From positions 320,001 through 384,000 of the forward strand of contig OZ219918.1 of the NCBI GenBank assembly GCA_964291415.2: 64,000 bases of DNA. Direction: 5' to 3'. The notes under the pieces are model-generated. The model was not told the origin of the DNA. It saw only the letters and a list, made by a program, of their open reading frames with translations, and ran no database searches. Source of the stretch: Alphaproteobacteria bacterium. Its GTDB lineage: Bacteria > Pseudomonadota > Alphaproteobacteria > SP197. The position numbers and the translations under genes were made by a program. Shown piece by piece: positions 20,341 to 28,590 of the stretch. Numbering within the stretch: the first letter of the stretch is position 1; each line of letters starts with the position of its first letter.

Positions 20341-21036
20341 GTGGATGCACTAGATGGCTGGTGGGATGACTATTTCTGGGGTTCTGTCGTTGTCGCGGAG
20401 GTTTTTGTCGTTGCGCTGATCCTGACGATCCTGTTCGGATTGATTGGCGCGGCCGCGAAACTCTCGGGAAATCGCGCCGCCAAGGCGATTGCCAATGGCT
20501 ACACGGTGGTCTTTCGCGGCACGCCCGAGATCCTGGTCCTCCTGTTGATTTACTTCGGTTCCGCCATCACCCTGACCGCCATTGCCCAGATCTTCGATCC
20601 CGAGATAAAATTCGTCGATCTTCCGCCATTTTGGGCCGGTTCGTTTGCCATTGCATTAATCGTAGGCTCCTACGCGACGGAGACCTTTCGCGGCGCTTTC
20701 CTCGGTGTCGCGCCAGGGCAGGTCGAGGCAGCCCGGGCGCTCGGTCTGTCGAAATTTCAAACATTCGTCCATGTGCGTATTCCGGCGATGTGGCGGCTGG
20801 CTCTGCCGCCCTTCGGCAATCACATGCTCTCGCTGATCAAGGATACCGCGCTGATTGCCATTATCGGGCTGGAAGAGACTCTGTTCGTCGCCGCGCAGGC
20901 GATTGGAACCACGAACAAGCCGTTTACCATGTATATCGTGGTCGGCGTGATCTATCTGGGATTCTCAACGGTCATCACGTTGGCCGTCATGGTCCTGGAA
21001 AAGTATGCCAATCGGCACCTGGAGATCGCGCGATGA
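20341..21036 (+). CDS. Amino-acid ABC permease (HisQ-like)
   Basis: FRGTPE, EAA loop GQVEAARALG, IKDTAL. Confidence 0.92.
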   Translation: MDALDGWWDDYFWGSVVVAEVFVVALILTILFGLIGAAAKLSGNRAAKAIANGYTVVFRGTPEILVLLLIYFGSAITLTAIAQIFDPEIKFVDLPPFWAGSFAIALIVGSYATETFRGAFLGVAPGQVEAARALGLSKFQTFVHVRIPAMWRLALPPFGNHMLSLIKDTALIAIIGLEETLFVAAQAIGTTNKPFTMYIVVGVIYLGFSTVITLAVMVLEKYANRHLEIAR

Positions 21037-21728
21037 GCTTCGACATGGCGCTGATCCTGGACAGTATTCCCAAGATGCTCATGGGAATCGGGCTGACGCT
21101 TCAATTGCTCTTCCTGTCGGCGGCACTGGGCCTGACCCTCGCCATCATCCTGCTGTTGATGCGAATCAGCGGCCGGTGGTATCTGGCGGCGCCGACAATG
21201 GCCTACATCTACATCTTTCGCGGCACTCCGATACTGGTGCAGATTTTCATCATCTATTACGGCCTGCCTCAGCTGGATTTCGTGCGCGACAGCATTTTCT
21301 GGCCGATCTTGCGAGAACCGTTCGGCTGTGCAATTCTCGCCTTGACACTGAATACCGGCGCCTACGTGTCGGAGATTCTGCGCGGCGGCGTTCTGGGCGT
21401 GGACCGTGGCCTGAAGGAAGCAGGAGCGGCACTCGGGCTCAGCACCCGGCACAGGTTCATCTACATCACGACCCCCATCGCGATCCGCCTGGCTCTTCCG
21501 GCGTACAGCAATGATGTCATCAGCCTGATGAAGAGCACGGCCCTGGCCAGCACAATCACGCTCCTGGACATGACGGGCATTGCGCGAACCATCGTGGCCG
21601 AAACCTACGCGCCCTATGAGATCTTCATGTCGCTGATGGTCATCTATCTGATCCTGACGTGGATGATTCAGAGAAGTTTCGGCTGGGTGGAGAAGTACAT
21701 GAGCCGGTACGTGAGAGAAGAGGTGTGA
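21033..21728 (+). CDS. Amino-acid ABC permease (HisM-like)
   Basis: [27 protein letters not shown]; ATGA overlap. Confidence 0.92.
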   Translation: MSFDMALILDSIPKMLMGIGLTLQLLFLSAALGLTLAIILLLMRISGRWYLAAPTMAYIYIFRGTPILVQIFIIYYGLPQLDFVRDSIFWPILREPFGCAILALTLNTGAYVSEILRGGVLGVDRGLKEAGAALGLSTRHRFIYITTPIAIRLALPAYSNDVISLMKSTALASTITLLDMTGIARTIVAETYAPYEIFMSLMVIYLILTWMIQRSFGWVEKYMSRYVREEV

Positions 21729-21729
21729 C

Positions 21730-22482
21730 ATGAACGACAGCGACCGTGATGACATCATTCACCTCGAGAACGTCAACAAGTTCTTCGGTACGTTTCAGGC
21801 GCTCAAGGACATCAATCTGTCAATCAGGAAGGGGGAGCGCGTTGTCGTGTGCGGTCCGTCCGGATCGGGAAAGTCGACCCTGATCCGATGCATCAACCGG
21901 CTTGAGGAACACAACAGCGGCACGATCACGGTAAACGGGCACGAGCTGACCGATGACGTGAAGAACATCGATGCCGTGCGTCGCGAGGTCGGCATGGTGT
22001 TTCAGGACTTCAATCTGTTTCCCCACATGACGGTCGTCAAGAATCTCATGCTGGCGCCCAAGCTGGTGCGCAAGGCCTCAAGGTCGGAGGCATATGAGAC
22101 GGCCATGCGCTATCTTGAAAGGGTCAAGATCCCGGAGCAGGCCGACAAGTATCCCAGTCAACTGTCCGGCGGACAGCAGCAACGTGTCGCGATTGCCCGC
22201 GCACTGTGCATGAACCCCGTGATCATGCTGTTCGACGAACCGACCTCGGCGCTCGATCCGGAGATGATCGCCGAGGTACTCGACGTCATGACGGATTTGG
22301 CGCGCGACGGCATGACCATGATCTGCGTCACCCACGAGATGGGGTTCGCCCGCTCGGTGGCCGACAACGTGGTCTTCATGGATGAGGGCGAGATCGTTGA
22401 GATGAACCCGCCGAAGGAGTTCTTCGACAACCCGAGGAACGAACGCACCAGGCTGTTCCTCAGCCAGGTCCTGTCATACTGA
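21730..22482 (+). CDS. Amino-acid ABC ATP-binding protein (GlnQ/HisP-like)
   Basis: [35 protein letters not shown]. Confidence 0.95.
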   Translation: MNDSDRDDIIHLENVNKFFGTFQALKDINLSIRKGERVVVCGPSGSGKSTLIRCINRLEEHNSGTITVNGHELTDDVKNIDAVRREVGMVFQDFNLFPHMTVVKNLMLAPKLVRKASRSEAYETAMRYLERVKIPEQADKYPSQLSGGQQQRVAIARALCMNPVIMLFDEPTSALDPEMIAEVLDVMTDLARDGMTMICVTHEMGFARSVADNVVFMDEGEIVEMNPPKEFFDNPRNERTRLFLSQVLSY

Positions 22483-22492
22483 GGCTGGCGGC

Positions 22493-23275
22493 GTGGAGCA
22501 GGCTCTTGTGGATGAACTTGCCGAATTCGCCGGCCGGCTGGCCGATGCGAGCGGTCCCATCATCCGCAAGGCGCATCGGGGCGGTTTCTCGACCGAAGCG
22601 AAGGCCGATGGCAGTCCGGTGACCAACGTCGACCGCGCCGTCGAGGACCGGCTGCGCGCGATGATCGCGATGTCCTATCCGGATCACGGCATCGTCGGCG
22701 AGGAACGCGGTGTCACGGCGGCCAGGGATGGCCCGGTTTGGGTCATCGACCCGATTGACGGCACGCTGCCCTTCCTCGCCGGTATCCCGGTGTTCGGCAC
22801 GCTGATTGCGCTGGTCGAGGATGGCGTGCCGCTGATCGGCGTTGTCGACATGCCGGCGACCGCTGAACGTTGGCTCGGCTGCCGGGGTCGTCCGACAATA
22901 CGCAATGGCGCGACCGTCAGAGTGCGTCCTTGCGGCGGTCTCGCCGACGCGCTGATGTCGACCAGCAATCCCGACTTCTACGGTGCCGACGATGGCGATG
23001 CCTTCGCACGACTCAAGGCGGCGGTATGCTGGACGGTCTATGGCGGCAGCTGCCTGGCCTATGCCCAACTCGCATCGGGACGTACCGACCTCGGCATCGA
23101 CGTCGCGCTCGACCCTCTGGACTATCTTGCGCTGGTACCCGTCATAGAGGGTGCCGGTGGCGTCATGAGCGACTGGCAGGGCGCTCCGCTGACCATGGAC
23201 TCCGGCAGCCGCATCCTCGCCGCCGGCGATGCGCGAAGGCATGCGGAAGCACTGGCGATCCTGGCTGACGCCTGA
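22493..23275 (+). CDS. hisN: Histidinol-phosphatase-like, inositol monophosphatase family
   Basis: KADGSPVT, GEE, WVIDPIDGT, EGAGGVMSDWQG. Confidence 0.78.
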   Translation: MEQALVDELAEFAGRLADASGPIIRKAHRGGFSTEAKADGSPVTNVDRAVEDRLRAMIAMSYPDHGIVGEERGVTAARDGPVWVIDPIDGTLPFLAGIPVFGTLIALVEDGVPLIGVVDMPATAERWLGCRGRPTIRNGATVRVRPCGGLADALMSTSNPDFYGADDGDAFARLKAAVCWTVYGGSCLAYAQLASGRTDLGIDVALDPLDYLALVPVIEGAGGVMSDWQGAPLTMDSGSRILAAGDARRHAEALAILADA

Positions 23276-23374
23276 GCCCTCCACCGTGGCGCTGCGTGGG
23301 GCGAGTATCCCAATCGCCTAAGGGTGTCCTTCCCGCGCGTCCTGAGCGCTCAAGCGGTCGGGCGATGAAAACCG

Positions 23375-23920
23375 TTGTACAATCGGCATTTAGCCCGACT
23401 GGCCGCTGTACAAGTGCCGGTGCCACTATCTGCACGTATCAAGGAAGGGAAACGAGGGACGGTCGAGATCCACGAGACCACCACGGGATCAAAACGCGTG
23501 CACGTCATCGGCGAGCCGAAGACTGATCCCGCGAAGCGGATCCCCGGTCGAGTCGTGTGGTCGCAGCCATGGGGTCCGGCGATTGCTGTCGGCTATCGTG
23601 CGGCCAGGCTTCCACCCGACGGGAAGGGCAAGGGCTTCAGTTTGTCGCTGGGTGCGGGGCACCGGCTGTCCATGATCCACTTCTGGCAGATACCGGCCTT
23701 CAACTGGTTCGAGAGAGTAAGAACGGACCGCGAAACGGTTCCCATCCGGCTGACGGGGCAGCGCGGGGAGGACTGCGTCTTCATGCCCGACGGGTCTATC
23801 CGTCCGACGAAGCGGTGCTCCCTTCCATGCGCTGGATCGTTCGACGTTCGGCTCGGTCACAAGAACCGCGACATCAATCCCTTCCGATACCCACCCGGAA
23901 CAGGCCCCGACGGTGGGTGA
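23375..23920 (+). CDS. Hypothetical protein or gene remnant
   Basis: 181-codon ORF filling the gap; no motif recognised and the start is uncertain. Confidence 0.25.
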   Translation: MYNRHLARLAAVQVPVPLSARIKEGKRGTVEIHETTTGSKRVHVIGEPKTDPAKRIPGRVVWSQPWGPAIAVGYRAARLPPDGKGKGFSLSLGAGHRLSMIHFWQIPAFNWFERVRTDRETVPIRLTGQRGEDCVFMPDGSIRPTKRCSLPCAGSFDVRLGHKNRDINPFRYPPGTGPDGG

Positions 23921-24047
23921 TCATGGCAAGAGGTCACTCGCTGAACGGAAGCCTTGCGCCAGTTCGCGGATTTCGGCAGCGGCAACATGGGAACGCCGGG
24001 ATCGGTGGCGGCCCCACAAGATCGGCCGAGGCGACCCGGCACGACGG

Positions 24048-24090
24048 GGTGCGCCGGGCGAATTGAAAGAGGCGCACCGGGTGTTACAAA
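24048..24090 (+). promoter_or_regulatory. Candidate toxin-antitoxin promoter/operator
   Basis: TTGAAA-N16-TACAAA overlapped by the inverted repeat GGTGCGCC/GGCGCACC. Confidence 0.4.
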
Positions 24091-24124
24091 AGAGCGCATT
24101 AAGACGGGCGTTCGCGAGGTTCGG

Positions 24125-24480
24125 ATCGCAGACGTTCAAGACCAAGGCGTTCGCTCGTTTCGCCGAGCACGAGGGGCTGGAAGATGCGGCGCTGTGCGAG
24201 GCCGTGCGCCGGGCCGGGAGCGGTCTGATCGACGCCGATTTCGGTGGCGCGTCATCAAGCAGCGGGTCGCCCGCAAGGGCGGTGGCCGTTCCGGCGGGTT
24301 CCGCACGATCGTGCTGTTCCGCAGAGGGGAGCTGGCGTTCTTCGTGTACGGTTTCGCCAAGAGCGACCGGGAGAACCTGCGCCGAGACGAACTGGCGACC
24401 TACCGGAGTATCTGTCGTTGAACGGAGCCGGCCTGGCGGCGGCGCAGGCCACTGGAGCGATCATCGAGGTGGAATGCAAT
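24125..24480 (+). pseudogene. RelE/ParE-superfamily (DUF1044/HigB2-like) toxin pseudogene
   Basis: FKTKAFARFA..LIDADFGG, VIKQRVAR.GGGRSGGFRT..FFVYGFAKSDREN and EYLSL..GAIIEV lie in three successive frames; start codon missing. Confidence 0.85.
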
Positions 24481-24778
24481 GGGGATTATATTGGAAAGTC
24501 ACAATGAGACCCGGCGTGATGGGCCGGGTCTCATGTGTGGACAACGCGGGAACGTCGATTAGTCGACTCGACCCGAAGGTCGCCCATGCATTGGCATTGC
24601 TCAAGTGCAGTGCTGCGATATTCGCGGTTCACAGGCCCGGCAACCCAGCAACCTCCCCGCGCAGAGGCCCCAGTCCCCGAGGCCGGTTGCCGAAGCAACA
24701 CGGGCAACGTATCATCGACCCGCTCAAGTGCAATGCTGTTGATCGGAAAGTGTGATGTGACTTTCCGATGTAAGTCCC
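24481..24778. mobile_element. 298-bp MITE, IS1595-family-like ends
   Basis: Terminal inverted repeats 24481-24503 and 24756-24778 match 19/23; flanks AATGCAAT and AATGCGAT (8-bp target duplication, 1 mismatch); no transposase. Confidence 0.8.
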
Positions 24779-24784
24779 AATGCG

Positions 24785-25102
24785 ATGACCAAGCAATACA
24801 GGAGTGGGGCGCTGGCGTCCGTGCACGAAGCCGCGCTCGGCCTGGCCGAGGCGGGCCTGATGTCGAAACGGACCATGCGCAAGTTCGACGAGATGTGCCT
24901 CACGCCAGTCGAGGACATGACGCCGGAGGACATCCGCGCGTTGCGGCTGCGCGAGCATGCGAGCCAGGCGGTGTTCGCGCGTTACCTCAACGTGACGACG
25001 GGTCTGGTGAGCCAGTGGGAGCGCGGTGAGAAGCGTCCGCGGGGCGCGTCGCTGAAGCTGCTGACGCTGGTGGCGAAGAACGGTCTGGCGGCGGTCGCCT
25101 GA
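24785..25102 (+). CDS. XRE/HTH antitoxin (HigA2-like)
   Basis: TMRKFDEMCL, IRALRLREHASQAVFARYLNVT..LVSQWERGEKRPRG. Confidence 0.92.
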   Translation: MTKQYRSGALASVHEAALGLAEAGLMSKRTMRKFDEMCLTPVEDMTPEDIRALRLREHASQAVFARYLNVTTGLVSQWERGEKRPRGASLKLLTLVAKNGLAAVA

Positions 25103-25480
25103 CGGATGCCGGAGGACGGACGTTGGCTGGCGGCGCGCCCTCGGGCGCGGGTTGATCGGCGGCAAGGCGTGTCGGCAGCCGGGATTGTCGTAGCGGCGAA
25201 TCGGATGCCCGGCATTGCGATCACTGATTTGCCACACGAAATCACGCCTATAACACCGGTGGACTTCAAGGCAGTGCTGTCAGATTCAGCATGTTTTCTG
25301 CATAGCATTCCCCCCTGATCCTGCGGTCCCGGAATCCTGACTCGACGAGCGCCTGCTCGTTCGGTGACAGCGCGTGCGAGAGAACGTATGTTGATTCAGC
25401 GTGCTGATGTTCCGTTCAACCCCGGAGGTGTGGTACCGGTGTTGCACCGCCAGCTTCTGCAGATCCGGGGAGACTGACCC

Positions 25481-27598
25481 ATGCTGTCCCCCGAACCGAT
25501 CCACAAGGGATACAGCGTGTGCCCGCACGACTGCCCGTCGACGTGTGCCCTTGAAGTCGACGTTCTCGCGCCGGACCGGATCGGCAGGGTGAGGGGAGCG
25601 AAGGACAACAGCTACACCGCCGGCGTCATCTGCGCCAAGGTGGCGCGCTATGCGGAGAGGATCCATCACCCGCAGCGGCTGACGACACCGCTGCGCCGCA
25701 CCGGGGACAAGGGGTCGACGGATTTCGTTCCTGTCTCCTGGGATGAGGCGATGGACGAGGTGGCGAGCCGTTTCGCCGAAGCGGAAGCCCGCCATGGTCC
25801 CGAAACGGTCTGGCCATACTACTACGCCGGAACCATGGGCATGGTGATGCGTGACGGCATCAATCGGCTGCGCCATGTCAAGCGCTACAGCGGACAGCAC
25901 AACACCATCTGCACGACACTGGCCTGGGCAGGCTACATGGCCGGGACCGGAGCGCTCATGGGGCCCGATCCGCGCGAGATGGCGAAGTCCGACTGTGTGG
26001 TCATCTGGGGCACCAATCCGGTCAACACGCAGGTCAATGTCATGACCCACGCGATGCGCGCGCGCAAGGAACGCGGCGCAGCCATCGTGGTGATCGACAC
26101 CTACCGGACCGGCACGGCCGAGAAGGCGGATCTCTTCCTGTGCGTGAAGCCCGGAACGGACGCAGCCCTGGCCTGCGGCGTCATGCATGTCCTGTTCCGC
26201 GACGGCATGGCCGACCGGCAGTGGATGGATCAGTACACCGATGAACCGGCGGGTCTCGAGAAGCACCTCGAGACCCGGACGCCTGAGTGGGCCGAGGCGA
26301 TCTGCGGCGTGCCGGCCGACAGGATCGAGACCTTTGCACGGCTGGTGGGCCGAACGCCGAAGACCTACCTGCGCCTGGGCTACGGATTCTGCCGCGGGCG
26401 CAACGGTTCGGTTTCCATGCACGCCGCCAGTTGCATCGCCTCGGTGACCGGTTCGTGGCGTCACGAAGGTGGCGGCGCCTTTCACAACAACGGCCAGATC
26501 TACCACTGGGACCGCACGATGATCGAGGGCATCGACCGGAGGGATGCGTCGGTTCGCGTCCTGGACCAGTCGCGCATCGGCCCGGTGCTTGTCGGTGACA
26601 GGCGCGATCTCGGCGACGGTCCTCCGGTGACGGCCATGCTGATCCAGAACACCAATCCGATGGCGGTGGCTCCCGATCTCGGCCTCGTGCACCGGGGATT
26701 CGCACGCGATGATCTCTTCTGTTGCGTGCACGAGCAATTCATGACTGAAACTGCCAGGATGGCCGATATCGTGCTGCCCGCCACGATGTTCCTCGAGCAT
26801 GACGACATCTACCAGGGGGGCGGACATCAGCACATCATGTGGGGACCCAGGCTGGTTTCGGCGCCGGGAGAGTGCCGCAGCAACCATGACGTCATCTGCG
26901 ATCTCGCCCGTCGTCTCGGGGTGGCGGACGAGCATCCCGGGTTTTCCATGACGCCTGCCGGACTGGCCGATCACCTGATGCGGGCATCGGGATGGGGGCC
27001 GCTGGACGACCTCGTTGCCAGGAGATGGATGGACGTCCAGCCCGACTTCGAGCGCGCCCACTTCGTCGGGGGATTCGGTCACGCCGATGGCCGCTTCCGT
27101 TTCCGTGCGGACTGGTCGCACAGGCACAACGTCTTCGGTCCGCACGGGGTGCCGGATACCATGCCGCAATTTCCCGATTTCTGGGATGTCATCGACACCC
27201 GGCATCCCTTGCGTCTCGTGACGGCGCCGGCCCGCAACTACCTCAACTCGAGCTTCACCGAAACGCCGACATCCATCCGGCGCGAAGAAACACCCACGGC
27301 CCAGATTCATGTCAATGATGCGCACTCCCTCGGCATCGCGGATGGCTCGCGGGTGCGCCTGGGCAATGACAAGGGGAGCGTCGTGCTGCGGGCCCGTGTC
27401 GTGGACGATCAGCTGGCGGGCACGGTCATCGTTGAGAGCGTCTGGCCCAACAGCGCGTTCGACGAAGGCGTGGGCATCAATCTTCTGGTCTCGGCGGAAC
27501 CCGGCGCCCCGATCGGCGGCGGTCTCTTCCACGACACGTCGGTGTGGCTGAAACCCGCCTCGAGTCAGCGCCAGGCAAACACCGGCTGCTCGAGGTGA
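25481..27598 (+). CDS. Molybdopterin (DMSO reductase superfamily) oxidoreductase
   Basis: CPHDCPSTC...ICAK Fe-S motif, SWDEA, ADIVLPAT, C-terminal dinucleotide-binding domain. Confidence 0.9.
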   Translation: MLSPEPIHKGYSVCPHDCPSTCALEVDVLAPDRIGRVRGAKDNSYTAGVICAKVARYAERIHHPQRLTTPLRRTGDKGSTDFVPVSWDEAMDEVASRFAEAEARHGPETVWPYYYAGTMGMVMRDGINRLRHVKRYSGQHNTICTTLAWAGYMAGTGALMGPDPREMAKSDCVVIWGTNPVNTQVNVMTHAMRARKERGAAIVVIDTYRTGTAEKADLFLCVKPGTDAALACGVMHVLFRDGMADRQWMDQYTDEPAGLEKHLETRTPEWAEAICGVPADRIETFARLVGRTPKTYLRLGYGFCRGRNGSVSMHAASCIASVTGSWRHEGGGAFHNNGQIYHWDRTMIEGIDRRDASVRVLDQSRIGPVLVGDRRDLGDGPPVTAMLIQNTNPMAVAPDLGLVHRGFARDDLFCCVHEQFMTETARMADIVLPATMFLEHDDIYQGGGHQHIMWGPRLVSAPGECRSNHDVICDLARRLGVADEHPGFSMTPAGLADHLMRASGWGPLDDLVARRWMDVQPDFERAHFVGGFGHADGRFRFRADWSHRHNVFGPHGVPDTMPQFPDFWDVIDTRHPLRLVTAPARNYLNSSFTETPTSIRREETPTAQIHVNDAHSLGIADGSRVRLGNDKGSVVLRARVVDDQLAGTVIVESVWPNSAFDEGVGINLLVSAEPGAPIGGGLFHDTSVWLKPASSQRQANTGCSR

Positions 27599-28197
27599 TC
27601 GACCCGGGTTGCCCGCCCGCCCAGCACCACTTCGCGGAACTGGAAGATCACGGCAGCGGTCGGCGCGTGGATCTTGGTCCCGGCGATCGGCATGCGGATC
27701 ACCGGGCGGTCGCTTTCGGGAATGGTCACGAATTCCGGGGATCCCGGCTTGTAGAGCGAGGTGAAGGGGATCCGGTAGATGGCCGCGACCTCCTGCGGAT
27801 TGGCCTTGAGCTCGACCTTGCCGCCTCCCCAGACGACAACCGGCGTGATGAGGTAGCCTGAACGGGTCGGGTAGTCGTCAAGTCGTCCCATCACGGCGCT
27901 GTCGTCAAGATCGAGGCCCACCTCCTCGGCGAGTTCCCTGAGCGCCGCCTTCTCGGGCGTCTCGCCGGGATCGAGGCGGCCTCCGGGAAGTGCCCACTGT
28001 CCGGCATGGCGGTTCATGCGTGCTGCCCGGCGCGTCAGGATGAAGGCGCCCTGACCCTTGCGGTCGGAGACGACGGTCATGGTCACGGCAGCCCTCTTGC
28101 GCCCGTCGGGAGCTATCTGCCGTGTCTTGAACCCGGCAAGATGCCGCACCATGCGCTCCTTGAGGGCAGGGCCGTTGACGAGACTGTCGGCGATCAT
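27565..28197 (-). CDS. Nudix CoA pyrophosphatase (NudL-like)
   Basis: LTRR...HAGQWALPGG and Nudix box AALRELAEEVG. Confidence 0.88.
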   Translation of the reverse strand: MIADSLVNGPALKERMVRHLAGFKTRQIAPDGRKRAAVTMTVVSDRKGQGAFILTRRAARMNRHAGQWALPGGRLDPGETPEKAALRELAEEVGLDLDDSAVMGRLDDYPTRSGYLITPVVVWGGGKVELKANPQEVAAIYRIPFTSLYKPGSPEFVTIPESDRPVIRMPIAGTKIHAPTAAVIFQFREVVLGGRATRVDHLEQPVFAWR

Positions 28198-28358
28198 GGC
28201 AGGGTTCTCCACCGGTTTCCCCGGGGCGCAGGCGTGATGCAGCGAAACGATGGTCTGTAGCCGTGGGGACAATTCCCCTGCGTCGGCCTCTCTACCGAAC
28301 TCATTGTATTGCAGGTGCTTTCTCGCACACGTCAAACGGAACCAGCGATCCTGTGTGA

Positions 28359-28516
28359 GATCTCGGCGTTGTACCCAACTTCCTCGGCGCGTGGAAGTCG
28401 GGTACGGGAAGAATGTTGACCCATTGGGCGCTCTGCAACCCGGCGGTTCGTATCACCATCCGGAATTCCACCCCGGAGTCCACGCGGCCAGGAACTGCCT
28501 TCGACGCTCCGAGATC
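28359..28516 (+). ncRNA. Structured leader, degenerate cobalamin-riboswitch-like
   Basis: Closing stem GATCTCGG/CCGAGATC, 13-bp hairpin, GGGAA, AATG/CATT stem, GCAAC, GCCAGGAACTGCC. Confidence 0.3.
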
Positions 28517-28590
28517 GCGGATGCCTTGCCTTGACCTTGCTGCTACGACGAATAGGGTTGTTGAAGCAACAAGACTGGGGGGATTGAACC

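Noticed and set aside
25240-25320. AT-richer patch after the antitoxin as an integron attC site or IS end
   Set aside because: No paired RYYYAAC/GTTRRRY boxes and no matching partner end found.
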